Positions 51,146 to 64,000 of a stretch of 64,000 nucleotides of DNA are shown here, one piece after another; within the stretch, counting starts at the first letter, position 1, and each line of letters begins with the position of its first letter. The notes beneath the pieces were generated by a model, which searched no databases, had not been told where the DNA came from, and saw only the letters and a program-made list of their open reading frames with translations. Made by a program: the position numbers and the translations under genes. The DNA lies in the NCBI GenBank assembly GCA_051362555.1, contig CM120646.1:18910001-18974000 (forward strand). The letters are read 5' to 3'. The DNA comes from Lingula anatina (lineage: Eukaryota > Animalia > Brachiopoda).

Positions 51146-52276
51146 TTGACTCAACCAAAAAGCAATGCAATCCACTAAGAATCAACATGTACTGGTCCAT
51201 GCATACGCATGTCTATAAACAAAAAATGTAACCATTAACAGAATTTATTACTGAAAAAGCGTTTGAATGAATTAACATTAGCAATGTTGGCAATAATTCA
51301 GTTGTTTGGTGTGATTTTTTTATGGCTCAGAGGAACGCTTGTCCTGTCAACTCACTGTCTCATGCCACATCAAGTTTTCTAAGTCTCTCCTGAGCTCTAG
51401 AATAAAATAAGTTCATAACTTGTGGTTTCAGCAGCATTTCATACATTGCATTATTATTTTCAAAAAGCAGAAAAAGATTAAGAGACTTACCAAAAACATC
51501 TGGTATAAGTGTGTTTCATTTGTATACCATTGTTACATTTCTATAGTATGAAACTTAATATTGGATATAACATATATTGGACCTAGCTTATTTTAAAATT
51601 ATCACGCTTGTTTAAGGATATTGCAACCCTTTATTATCATCCAGATACAGAAAATGAGGTTTAAATGAGGTGTATATGCTACAATCCCGTGCCGTCATTT
51701 TGGTATAAATTTTCGTTATGGAGATGCGAGCCCCCAATTACAGTTTTTCATTAAACAAAGGCATTATTTTGCTTCATCAACGATAAAATCTGAACTAAGA
51801 CTTTCGCTGGCAGTGTTTTGGAGTACTACCCTGTAAATCGTGTAATTAAATCGGCGTTTAAACGGCGATGGTGGGTGCTCAGGTAAAAGAGAAATGTGAG
51901 AACCCGATTTTTCAGTTTTCACCCCAAAATGCAATTGTGAAGCCACCCGTAAGATGACATATGTGTAAATGTCGATGAATATAGTCACTGAACACTGAAG
52001 ATATATAATTTATCCTAAAGAATGTATGTAAGGCAGTAAATAAATAATTTTGGCTGACAATATCCTTAAAAATGCACAAATAACCCCAACACCGGTGAGT
52101 TCAGAACACATGCTGTCTCGATAATACTCTACGTGGTTTGTAGTTTTTGGCGAAAACGTGATGAAGTTTTGTACATTTTGTCAGAAATTGGCAGTTACGG
52201 ACCAACTCCATCTTAAATGCTACCTGTAGCTCAGATAGAAACTTGTTTATACAAGAAGAATAACCAATTCCCCATG

Positions 52277-52489
52277 GAGGACATAGTTGTAAAGTTAATT
52301 TTCCTAGCCCACATCACTTCTTATGCAACCAGATGCCAATGAAAATCAAGCAGACGAGACTAATTGGGCCACCAATATGATCATCCCGAGGACGACATAG
52401 TTGTAAAGTTAATTTTCCTAGCTCTCATCACTTCTTATGCAACCAGATGCCAATGAAAATCAAGCAGACGAAGCTAATTTGGCCACCAA
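52277..52489. repeat. Tandem duplication of a ~113-bp unit upstream of the 7TM gene
   Basis: gacatagttgtaaagttaattttcctagc...cacttcttatgcaaccagatgccaatgaaaatcaagcagacga...ggccaccaa occurs at ~52280-52377 and ~52394-52489. Confidence 0.9.
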
Positions 52490-53070
52490 AATGATAAGTG
52501 CTTTTCACTTGCACGGCTTTAACGAGTTGCACTCGGCGTCAGAGAAACTCATTAATTGCAAAATGTTATGGAAGTTAATTTTCTAGCACTTAATGACTTC
52601 CTGTGATGCATTGGTAATTTTATTATTAAGCATAATGAAACATCCAAACTTGACAAGAAGAATTTAAAAAGTGTGGATAAGGTCATATATGTATGTCAAA
52701 TATTCTGAAATTTTTGAAAAAAAAAAAAAGAATTAAAATAAATAAACAAAAAATTATTAATTAAATAAATATTTCTCATTCTACTCTTGTGACTGTTAAT
52801 AAATGGACCCTTCCAAAGAGGCCTCAGTCTTCATGGCCACAAGATAATAACCAAGCCAAATGACATTTAAAGAAGCATTATAAGTTAGAGTAAAATAATA
52901 ACAGTTATCATATATTGTCTGTTTCAAAATCATAAGTTCGGTACCGAAAAGTATTTAAAGCATTCCGTTGCTTCCAAACATCGCAGATTTGCTACCTGTT
53001 CAAATCAGGAAAATTTACATTTTGTTATTGACAAGGCATACTTTCGTTGGTTGCAATTTTGCAATTTCTA

Positions 53071-56000
53071 ATGGGGAAATTAAGAGTGCTTGCTACATTT
53101 ACCCTCCTGGTAATGGTTTTCCTTTGCCATTCAAAAGCTATCAAACAGATGCCAAGAGGAAAATCGACAGCAAATTTCGAAGTGGCAAAAAAAGTTAACC
53201 CACCTGTAATGAAAAAAGTAAGCCCACCTTTAATGAAAGACAAGAGAGGGTATCTTGGAAGAGGATGGAATACGGAAGCTAAACTCAGGGGGACAAAAAG
53301 AAGGGCAGTGGTAAAAAGACATATCAAAATACACCCCATCCAAAGTTTAGATTTTTCTGAGCCCTGGATATCTGGTAGGTTTCGGCGTCATTTATTGGCC
53401 GATGGCATGGCTGATTTTCCAGACGCCACTCCGAATCAATCCGAAAATAATGAAGTTACACTTGCATTGAGCACAGAAGCTTCCATTGGAGCTGATACGA
53501 GTATCACTGAGATTGACAAGATCATCCAAATTCCAAAACCAAATGTTCAACATTGTCTTGCTGGATTTTTTCTCACTGAGCGGCTGTACCAAATACAATG
53601 TTCATGTGACAAATACTGCCACATGTTTAATGATTGTTGTTGGCTAAGGGAGCGGGACTGTGCTTCAAATCACACTGAGCAAACTATCAACCGAAATATT
53701 ACCCTACCTCAAATGAAATGCCTGAAAGCTCCACTGGCACATTCAGAGAACAGACATGTCTATCTTTGGTTTGTCTCGAAATGCCCCAAAAGTTGGCAGG
53801 ATGAAGGCATTCGAATGAAGTGTGAAAGTAACAGTCCCAATATGACAGACTTCGCTTTACATTATACTCCTGTGTACGACAAAGTATCTGGACTCTCCTT
53901 CAAGAACATATTCTGTACACAATGTCACAGTATCTCAGACACTGATCCCTGGAATGCCACCTTTGGCTGCGCGACCCAAAGCCCACTGAAATTCCAAAAC
54001 ATGACATCTGCAGATGAAGCCATTCGAGAAGTTTTGAAGACCGACTCAGATTGCTTCATCAACTATTTTTCAACGAGAGATCTGGCCATGCGTCTGTGTG
54101 CGGCTGAAGAAAATGAAGCAGTGCTAGTAAATTGCCCGATGATAAAAGACTTTGAATTTATTTATTGGAAAGGTGTCATTACGGGTATATCATATGACGC
54201 ACTGGTGGATCTGTGCTTTGAAGGACCAACTAATATTGTAACCGTGCGAAATAGACTCTTTAAGAATTTCTTCTGTTTTCTTTGTTGGGATGGTCCTTAC
54301 TTTTACGGAACAGATAGCTGTCAGAATAACAGTGAGTACAAACATCTATATATTGTTTTTCATATATTTAACAATTTTTCTAAAAAAAGATACTAAAAAA
54401 GCGTGCCTCTTTTTAGCTATCAATTTACCATTAGTTTTCCATTCTTAGTGAGCAATAAGAGATTGAACTTCTTTTCTCCTTTTTTAAACATGTTCAAATA
54501 TTCCCGTACACGTTTTTTCCTTTATATGTTCTTTCTTAATATTTATTAAGTAGTGAAGGTAAAATTGTTCTTTTTCCTCTCCCCTTTTCTCTCTCTCTTT
54601 CTCTCTCACGCAGCACACACATACACACATACAAACACACACATGCGCAAACACGCACACACACGCACACACACACACCTTATCTTTTTCATCTTGTTCT
54701 GGAGATGTTTTTAAATGTCAGTTAATGTTTGGCTCATTTCCAATCATACATTACCAGGGGATCCTGGTTATGTGTACAATCCCAAAGGATTCTCTTCAAC
54801 TCTATCTGTGGGCCCAATATTGGCTAAAGAAAACAACAGGTACCATTGCAGAATTTCACAACACTCCCAATTCAGCTCCGACCCGGTATGTATACTATAT
54901 AGCAGTCACGAATTTGACAATGAAATAACCACATGAATTTTTAAGTAATTTTATATGGCTTTAAAATGTACTATATATAACCACATAAACTCGGTAGGCA
55001 ATATTTGAATAGTACGTGCGGTGATTTAAAATGCTTAGTGTTTCGTACAACAGTGCAGGTGTACATGTAGCTCAATTACACACCAAGAGGATTCTCTTTT
55101 AGGGGCTTTTACTCCACGAGGAACTGGACGCTCTACATTATAACATACTTAAGGTGGTATAACGATTCGTCACCACCAAGATGTTAGTGAGAACAATACT
55201 GCAATTGAAATAAAAAGCCTACAGTACTTTTATGACTTTAATCCAGACTTAAGAGAATAATAACTTGTTATTCATAAATCTACCTGCAGAGCAGAACTTC
55301 TTTTTGCCAAATGCCATATGACTCCCGTTTGTGTCCCTCGGGTTTTTATAAGAAGATATACCAAAATTGAACCGTAGAATAGAATCTTCATTTACCCGAT
55401 ACCAGAGCAGTGATTATCGATCAATGGTGTTTCTCTTTGTTGAAGCTCCACAGCGTAAAGTAAACACTGGGAATCTGCTATAAGAATTCGTTTAAAAATT
55501 TTTTTTGCCGTGCCGTTGAGCTGGAAATCCGTACTAATATAATTGGTTAAAAAAAGTTATTTGCCTTGCCTTTGGACCTACATATTAGTGTATTTTTAAA
55601 TCTTTAAAAAAACTATGGAATAAAAAAAATGCTGTTGTATTTATTAGTATCCATCATGCATCATGCATCATTTTACAAATCTCGACCCAATTGTTCACCT
55701 TTTTCGTTCTCTTTTCAGTGTGCCAGTGATAATGAAGACTGCCCTCCTCAGTTTAACTACGACGCCATTCACGGATATTGTATACCTTTGCTTCAGCAAT
55801 TTTCTGGGGTGCACACGGTCATTGATATTATCTTTACATTCACTGACTATAAGAACATCCCAGTCAATGTTCCAACCAATCACAGATTTATTTGTTCTGC
55901 AATTAAGGGCAGTTTCAATAAGTTAGGAATAGCTGATGTTAACCGCAGGACATATATCGGTTGCCAGGCAGTGTTCTCCTCTCAACCATTCTCACAAATA

Positions 56001-57272
56001 GAAGTGTTAGCAAGTTTCTCATTAAAACTAGGAGGTAAACAAGCAACATATAAATCTATTGAATTTGCAGAGGGGTCAATGCGACAAAATTTAACCAGCA
56101 TTTTGCCAAAGGTAAACATTTCCCTTGACTTATTTAATGGAAAATACAAAATAGATATGACCATGCGTGTTTCAAATGATAATCCTGTGTTCAAAACTGT
56201 GTTTTGGTCGGACTTAGGTGATGCATTCAGACTAGCAAATGATGCAGACTCTTTATGCTCTGTTGTTGTTGTTTCAATGGCAGACGTTACAAACGTTCAA
56301 TCTGATGCATTTAATTTTTATTTTGAATATGTCGCAGAAAAAGTCACCATAAACCGGAAACAAGTTGTTGTTTTTGAGGGCAACATATTTATCTGCAGGC
56401 AGGGTATTGAAAAGTTGCTAGAATCTATATCCCAAACAAGAAATAAAACCAAAATTAAACCAAAGACTGGAAATCTAATTTCCGTGACTATTTTTGAAAT
56501 TTGGGCTTTACCTTCCATTTCACTGGCTATATTTCTGGTCCACCTTATCTTATGTGTTATTCAGTCTGGTTGTAAGAATATTGCAGATGGAATGACCATA
56601 CACCTCACAGTCATATTTCTCTTGGTTCAGTTATTATTCTCCCTTCCAGCAATCATCTCCGTGAAAACCGATGGCACTGTGTGCATGGCTCTGATAGCTA
56701 CTGCCCATTTCTTTTGGCTGGTAAGTTTTCTTTGGCTTGCAAGAATGTCCTTAATGGCATTACACGGCGTCAAAGGCAGTCTGTCTTTCAGCAAAAGTCC
56801 AAAGAGACATCTATTAGCATGTTTTGGAACTACATATACAGTTCCATTGTTGATGATGTCGGCTGGGATTGTGTCAGACATGTGGGATGTTGTCCCGGTG
56901 AAAATGCTTTACTGTCAAGGAAAATGTTTCTTTGGTAATATCCAATCCTACCTTCTTCTCATACTGGCACCGGCCTCACTGGCTGCATTATTCAATGCGG
57001 TGATATGCATTGTTCTGGTTGTACATAAAAGATCTGGAAAGTTATCTGCACATGTTGTTTATCCAGACTTATTGAGCATAAATTCCTGCTATAAGATGGT
57101 GTTCATGAGCTCTGGTGTAACCTTGGCTGGTTGTGTGGGCTTGATCTTTGTAAGCCTATCCGTAGCCTCAATTGGAGACTTTTGCTACTTGGACTCTGTA
57201 TTTAGGTGTCTCCAAGGCATTATCATGCTGGCAGTTACTCTGGCCTTAAGAAACAACATGGCTCCCCCTTAA
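53071..57272 (+). CDS. Somatomedin-B-domain class B2/adhesion/Methuselah-like 7TM receptor (~980 aa, 3 exons)
   Basis: Exons 53071-54331, 54758-54885, 55719-57272 with compatible phases. Signal peptide MGKLRVLATFTLLVMVFLCHSKA; basic pro-segment ending RFRR; SMB-like CSCDKYCHMFNDCC; two FKNxFCxxC Cys modules; seven hydrophobic helices including CMALIATAHFFWLVSFLW (TM3) and LQGIIM (TM7). No GPS motif seen. Confidence 0.82.
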
Positions 57273-57553
57273 TAGATGCAATGTATTTGAATTGGAAAGT
57301 TTTGGAGTGTAACTCACGAAAAACGACTTCACGACATCGCTGTTTAACCGCCGTCTCAGGATCGCAGCGTGCTATCCCAACTCTGTGAAGTAAAGTGTAC
57401 TCTTCTCTGATAATTTTTATATGTGTTTAATATGATAATTTTCCAAACTTATGAATACAAAGCCAAAAACATGCATATTCAAAGCGGAAACCGTGCTCAC
57501 AAGATCGGTGCCATGTTGTCCATGTCACAATGTTGTTACTCAGTATCGCGGAC

Positions 57554-57609
<56 letters not shown>

Positions 57610-58463
57610 TTACTATTATTTATTTTATAGCATTGAAGATTTATCGTGATTTATTTCTTGTTCAATTTATTTATTTATTTATATTTAATTGCTATTGTTA
57701 TCAGCGGTGTTGTTATTAAAGTGTAAAGTGAAGCTGGTATTTCGGCATATGACAAAATAAAGAAACTTCATTTCAACAAAGTCTTGGCTTAAAACTTCAA
57801 CAGATGGTGCCATAATGAAGAATGGCAAGGCCAGATAAAAATGCTCTGATACAAAGACGACTAAGCATGCCCAGAGGTAGACTAGAAAAAGGAAAATAAC
57901 TGAAGAAATTCTGATCGGTTTTAGCGCCTAGGTTTATATTCAGTACCATAATTTAATTATCAAAAAATAAAACCCGGAAACTGAAATTAAGGATAAAAAA
58001 TGTCACTGTTATTTAATTGCGTTTTGCTCTTCAGTCGCATAATTGCATACATGGTGTAATTTCACAACTAAACAGTTATAAAAATTTTTAAGAAAATGTG
58101 CAACACTTAATTATATAGTGCTTTTGATAATCCAATGTATATATTGTTTGTGTTTTGAGATCCCAAAACCATATAATGTACAATTGGCTTCAGTGTCGAA
58201 ACCTATTTGTAAATCACACCGTAATGCCAAACAACTATCACATCACAGATATCGGGAATCATCCCTTTATCAATCTGCCCCTTTATTTATCTTCCCGAGA
58301 CCATCAGATGATGTACTTTTGGGGATTTGGGGATTTATTGATAGTTCGCTCATCAGGATGTGCTTGGGCCGTAATAATAATTATTTTATTGACCACTGGA
58401 ACGTTTTACATTTATTAAGGCTCTCTACCTACTACAGGGAAAAAGAAGATAGATGGGTAGATA

Positions 58464-58560
58464 TGGACTTGAAATTTAATATGGAATATTTCAGTTTCAA
58501 AGATATGAGAAGGTAAAAATGCGTTCTTTTTTCAAATAACTCAGATCTAATACAAGATAT
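58464..58560 (+). mobile_element. Truncated left end of the same Tc1 family as 9671-11332
   Basis: gacttgaaatttaatatggaatatttcagtttcaaag...aggtaaaaatgcgttctttttt...aactcagatct...aagatat matches 9673-9768 and is preceded by TA. Confidence 0.8.
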
Positions 58561-61144
58561 GATATAGAGGGGACCGAAACAGTGCTGTACATGTAGTGGT
58601 TGCGTTTCATCACTAATAGTGTGTTAGTGCGGCGTCATTAGTAACGCTCTCACAATTCACTATGTTCTGTCTGGGTGTTCTCACCGTGAAAATGCTCAGC
58701 AGTAGATATGAATGCAAAGCCGTTTCCCACGTAAACCTCTGTCCAGGAATATCCTTTATTGTCGTTTAATTGGCTGTATTATTTATTTATTTATTTATGT
58801 GTGTGTGTGTGTGTCATGTGATTAGAGGAAACGTGACTCATCATGATAGCAAATGAGAAACATCAACCTGATAAGTGTCACTTTCCTCCAACACATACGA
58901 ACATCCATCTCCTATTTGTGAAGCGCAAAATTGTGCTTATTAAAGCCTATGGCAATGAATTGGTTCCCCGTATATGATAAACGCAATGTGGATGCATCCG
59001 GCTTCAAATGAAGAGCCATTTGAAGTTATCTTATGTGAGTTAAAACGGGTATCTACATTTTGCTACCTTGATATTGATTGCACATTTGAATTTCCCAAAC
59101 AAAATCACCAAAACCTAAGACTATATTTAGGTTAGGGTAAACAATAACTTTTTTGGAAATCTCTCGAGGAACAAGTGATTTTAGAGGCTAAATGGGTCAA
59201 AAAGTTTATTTCAGATGAGAAATGTGAGCTAGGAACATTCTTTAGGTCGGTAATTTCACTATTTTGGAAACGCATACAAAGCATGTGTACTACATATACA
59301 GTAACTGTAGTAACTACATGCATGTATATACCTGTATTGAATAGGGTTGATTGAAGCACAAATTTTGGATAAGTTAGTGTTTTCTATGGCAGAAAATGAT
59401 ACTTAACACATATGTGCAACTACAGTATTTTCACAACAGCCATTTAGTTTGGTAAAATAACGATTTACAAAATGGCAGACAAAACACCCTAACAAGAGTT
59501 GCAACATCGACAATTAAACGTCCCTCTGTTTGTAATATCCCTTTTCTTATGTTTTTAGGGTTATAAAATATATTTCCCTTATGTTGATTTTGCCATTCTG
59601 ACATTTTAAATGGAGTTTGGTTACCTTGTTGGTTGATAGTTTACGGTCAAGCTTGATGGAAGAGCCAGATCTCAGTCAGTCAAAGCAAGGAGTGATAGGA
59701 TATCTCAAGTTCTGCTGCATGTGAATTATAAGGAAGAATCAGAATTATCCTAACCTCAAGCAACCTAAGGGTGAATGTCTTTAAATTATTAAAAAGAGAT
59801 GGATGGAATATGTTTGTTCTGCACAAAATAATCCCGAGAAGCAATCACTATCATGAACTGAGACCAGCAAAAAAGTTGCCAAGGACATATCCAATGTCTG
59901 GATGTCCAAGAAAATCTTTCCTCTCTTTGAGAACATTTCCAACAGAAAAACTGCATATTGGGGCTACATGTAAAAAGCATTGTGCTTGTATATGATGCAT
60001 CTTGTATCATAAACACTCTTGGTCAAGTTTTAATTGAACTATTTCACTTTCATATATCACCACTTTTAATCCTTGTATTTAACAGACAGTTAATGCTTCC
60101 TTGTACGTCGTTCCACAAATATATTATAATCCAACATATATCTGTTGAGAATGTTCTTCACAAAGATAGGAAAATCACTTTTTGGACATTCTGACATTGG
60201 AGATTTCCTTGGCAACTTCTATGCTGGCCTCAGCTTATGACAGAAATTTCTTCCGGCTTCATACATGTAAAACAAAGGAGTATAATACATCCTATTGTAA
60301 TAGTTAAAAATATTCTCATTTTTGTATGGATAATTGATTCTTCATTATAATTCCCAACCAACAGATGTTAGGGAATTCTGAAATCTTATCACTTCTCATT
60401 TTGATTGAGCTAGATGACTGAGGAGGTTCATTGTCCCCATTATCAAGATTCTGGCTCTTAAGCCTAGCTTGACAGTTAACTGTCAGCTCGCATGGTAACT
60501 TAACTCACTTTAAAAAGTACCAATCTCAGTATTAACATCAGAAATGGATTCTACAACCCCTGAAACATAGGAAAAGACATATGACACACTGTAGTACATT
60601 TAATTTTTGTTGATGAAATTCTAGATTTCCTTTGGTACGTTTCAGATAATGATGTTCTTTTTAAACTTTTCTTTGAAAAAAAAAAAAAAAAAAAAAACAC
60701 TCAACATCACATTACACGAAAGGTCCAGTATACATACTGTCACAACATACTGATAAACACAGTACATGAAAAGCTACAATACGCTTAACCTTCCACAGTA
60801 CATGGAATGTCATAATATACTACATATCAAAGTACCACAGTCACATTACACTAAATCTTACAGCAAACGTTACTTTAACCTTTAAAACTGTATATAAAGA
60901 ATACCAATAAACCTTACCCTGTGGTAAATGTTAGGTACACGTTGTCATACAAATGGAGTCTAAACGTGCACGCTGGTAGACAAGATATTTAATGATAATT
61001 ATTAGCTAAACAAATATATAAATTGCTTTTTTAAGATGTATATATATATTTCTATTAAACATACAATTGCACACGGGATATTCATTTTAAGAAGAGATAT
61101 TCGTTTTGAAAAGAATTTGCAATTGACTTTTGACTGTGAAATTA

Positions 61145-61610
61145 CCCAGCAGGCATAGTCGCGTTGGATCAACGTTGAAAACAGGTTGCCGTTGATCTAC
61201 CTAAATTCAACGTAAAATCAACGTTGGTCCAGCCACATCGAAACACCGTCATAATGTGACGTTGACTCAACGTTGTATTTTGGTCATTCACACAACCTTG
61301 CAGACATGGATTGTATTTTAAAATATTAATTGTTGAAAACGTGATAATTTGTTTATCAATACTGTAACTAACTTTATCAAAATAATAAAAAATTGTTTAA
61401 AGTAAAAGTGACAGTTGTTTTGTGTCTTCAGCGAACTAGTGAATTTTCTTAGCTTGTTATTCATAAATACATTCCAATAAACTGAATTCCTTGCAAGGTC
61501 AGCTAACACTAGGATGAATACTTTGCTGTAAATGTGGTGGAATGAAGTTAATAAAGTTGACAGTTCTCAATACCCTGTTATAGATAGGTTGAGGTGACTG
61601 TGACTTTGTT

Positions 61611-61688
<78 letters not shown>

Positions 61689-62113
61689 CTTGGAAATTTT
61701 AACTTAAAGGCCATACATATATACCCTATATATATTTCTCCATCAAACATGTCCTACTGCTAAACACATCCAGGCTAAAAGGGTGTACCATACTTAGGTG
61801 CAAAACATGTTTAGGAGCTAAATGCGTTGAAAAAATCAGACAAAGCAGGCACTTGGATGTTTTTACGGTGTACATTATAATTGTGTACCTGTGTTTTGTA
61901 CCAAAAATAAAAACATTTCAGGTCATTTTAATGTCTTTTCATGCAAGAATGCTGTCTAACAACTGGGGTTGATACAATGTTGTTATCTGACATTGATATA
62001 ACGTTGTTATCTGAGGTTGAGTCAACTTTCAAATCCAATATTAATCCAACGTATTATCAACGTTATGGTTCAACGTTGTTTCAACGTTAAAACAACATAA
62101 TTTGCCCGCTGGG
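61145..62113. mobile_element. Non-autonomous TIR DNA transposon (969 bp), possibly CMC/EnSpm-like, with TA flanks and subterminal CAACGTT repeats
   Basis: Ends cccagcaggca and tgcccgctggg with TA on each side. Many caacgtt(g) motifs within ~130 bp of both ends. Absent from the paralogous site at ~48455 (gtgaaataagtcatgatt). Superfamily assignment is tentative. Confidence 0.8.
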
Positions 62114-62775
62114 TAGTCATGATTATCACAGACGTACTACATCATGCCTGTTTTATGTTAACTTTTTAAAATAAACAGTGGTTATTCAGTACCACGACAT
62201 CTAAATAAATATAATTTCATCATTATTTTATGCTATTGTGCAGCAATAACCATTTATTCTTCCAATCAGAACTATGTCCAATAGCTTTTTCTGGTTCGAC
62301 TTACTTGGTGATTTTTTCTTTATTCATTTTGAGCGACAAGTGTTGAAATTATGCTAGCAAGATCATCTGAAGAGGATACATAAATAAAGAAATCATGCCA
62401 TTCAATTTCCTGTACAAACGAGTATAAACTCGTAACATGGCAAACCGCCATCCAATGCCATCTTACAACAGTATTTATACAGTTCACCAAATAACCAATC
62501 TGGGAAAGGGTCCACAAATTGGACTTTGTTAAAAATACATACTAGTAGAAATACACAATGCAGAAAATAGAATGGTAAGTGAGATAAAGAGGTAAGAGCG
62601 TGTTATACAGGCAAGTTGGCGGTCACTGTCTTGTACTGAAATTTACCTTACAATCGAATATATATAAAACAGAGATGTCGTTTAAGTAAAATGTCAATAT
62701 TATACGCATTAGCGAGTGGTCGTTATGGCAGGTCTGCATATTTTTTATTCTACTTTTTTATTTTTTTTTTACCAG

Positions 62776-64000
62776 AATAGAACTGTTAATACCACTCGCT
62801 TTTTCCCTTCTGTGCGGTTGTCTAACCTCCACAGCCCACGGGGGGTTACTAGATAGGTCCACACCATGGTCGTTTTATCGCTTGTTTAGATGGTTTCATG
62901 GCCCGCAGGAGAAATGCGAGGCAAGGAGTTTACCAGATAACACTGGAGTTACACAGGCATTTGTGTTTACAAATAATAGAGGACATTTTAGTATAACTGA
63001 CCAGGATTTCCCCGTTTCAAGGAGCACCATAGATATGCAGGCAGAGGCGAGTAAGTATATATACCTTTTATACGACCTTTGTGGGGCCTTTTTGTAAAGC
63101 GTTCTCCTTTTTTCATCACCAAGGTCAACATAAACATCAAACCATGTCAATAGGCCTATATTTCACGCTTGCGGACCGGCCTGTAAAGACAAAACAGCAT
63201 TAAGAAAACCCATGTCTATTAAACGTGTAAATCTGACACATTCAATCCTTTTCTTATTTTGAAAAAAATATTATTCCGTTTGTAATGATGATTTATTTCA
63301 GGGTATGTTTGGCGTACCAGATATGTTGAAACCAATAGTAATTATTTTTATCTTTTATCTAAAATAAAGTAAAAATGAAGATAAAATTATATGATCTTTC
63401 AAAATCTGGTCTCAATTTCCATTTTTTATCCATTCTCTTCTTATGAATAGTCTCAATCTATGACATTAATTATTTAAGAAATATGTATGAAAAAAGGTAA
63501 AATATATAGGTGTATTCGAGCAACTTAAGAGATTTAGGGTACATTTGTTATTTTCGTACAGCAATGCTAGCATCATTGCCGAAGGGAGAAAGCGCATCAA
63601 ATCCTTTGAGGACCATTATGGGATGGATATGTCACCGGTGAAGGATACCGATCTCCTCGACGGGAGAGTTCCCCTTCTTGGGGGAAAACTGTTGTTTCAT
63701 TCATATCACTTCAGCCCGGCAGCAAACATGATGTTGATATTAGGTAAACTGCATCTATTTGATCAATCAAGTAAGATATAAATGAATCAAATTTTTTAGA
63801 GTAAAATATAATCAGGAATGAACAAGATCAATCGGTCATCAACATGAATCAAAGACTATCTCAATAATAATTTGCTATATGATCACGTGCTACATATTTT
63901 TGTTCATGCTGCTTCTTTAGAGTTAAACTCCTACGGAAGCTGGTCTTATAAGAACGTTTCAGTATCTGATGCCGGCTGCAGTAATAGAACCAGTAAACTT
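62776..64000 (+). pseudogene. Pseudogenised copy (member 4) of secreted-family gene 3, running off the right edge
   Basis: Exon remnants at 62776-~63050, 63562-63743 and 63921 onward. The ATG exon is deleted (~370 bp equivalent to ~49125-49490 is missing). A 1-nt deletion at ~63008 (GATTTCCCCG versus GATTTTCCCCG) and an 8-nt deletion at ~63977 (destroying SDAGW) shift the frame. Confidence 0.88.

Larger units (their letters stand above)
60631..64000. repeat. Segmental duplicate of 47910-~50540 (upstream region and body of secreted-family gene 3)
   Basis: Collinear intergenic and intronic identity starting at tttgg(c/t)acgtttcagataat, interrupted by the 61145-62113 insertion. Continues to the window edge. 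Confidence 0.92.

Noticed and set aside
52277-52489. Direct repeats (also 25408-25653 and 27360-28367) as a CRISPR-like array or LTRs
   Set aside because: Only two units each, no spacer periodicity, no TG...CA ends, TSD or internal retroelement sequence, and the context is eukaryotic.
59080-60620. Possible decayed DNA transposon next to the 60631 duplication boundary
   Set aside because: Some subterminal-like text is present (catcagaaatggattctacaacccc), but no TIR pair, TSD or transposase motif could be demonstrated by eye.
1-64000. tRNA, rRNA or prokaryotic operon-type systems
   Set aside because: None recognised by eye; all genes are spliceosomal-intron-containing. A covariance-model scan was not possible.

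Overview
AT-rich, intron-rich eukaryotic DNA from an invertebrate animal; a lophotrochozoan/mollusc-like origin is inferred from gene families and repeat style and cannot be proven here. Most ORF-track entries are exon fragments or spurious, so gene models were assembled by hand from GT-AG sites and phase continuity. (1) Two tandem minus-strand SLC5A3/SMIT1-like Na+/myo-inositol cotransporter genes: copy A (602-8229, last exon just off the left edge) is open but diverged, and copy B (13743-21949) has an in-frame TGA in exon 7. (2) A 17-exon plus-strand proteinase-K-like subtilase (S8A, I9 prodomain, 27115-39658) whose last exon appears to insert a ~400-aa furin-site/Thr-rich mucin segment inside the protease fold. 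(3) An orphan two-exon copy of that protease at 12.6-13.7 kb that differs only at synonymous sites and marks a ~20-kb tandem duplication junction. (4) Three intact and one pseudogenised 5-exon genes for an unrecognised ~280-290-aa secreted protein family (41.9-51.1 kb and 62.8 kb onward). (5) A 3-exon SMB-domain class-B/adhesion/Methuselah-like 7TM receptor with degenerate signalling motifs (53071-57272). (6) A decayed Tc1/mariner element, several MITE-like or foldback elements, and microsatellites.
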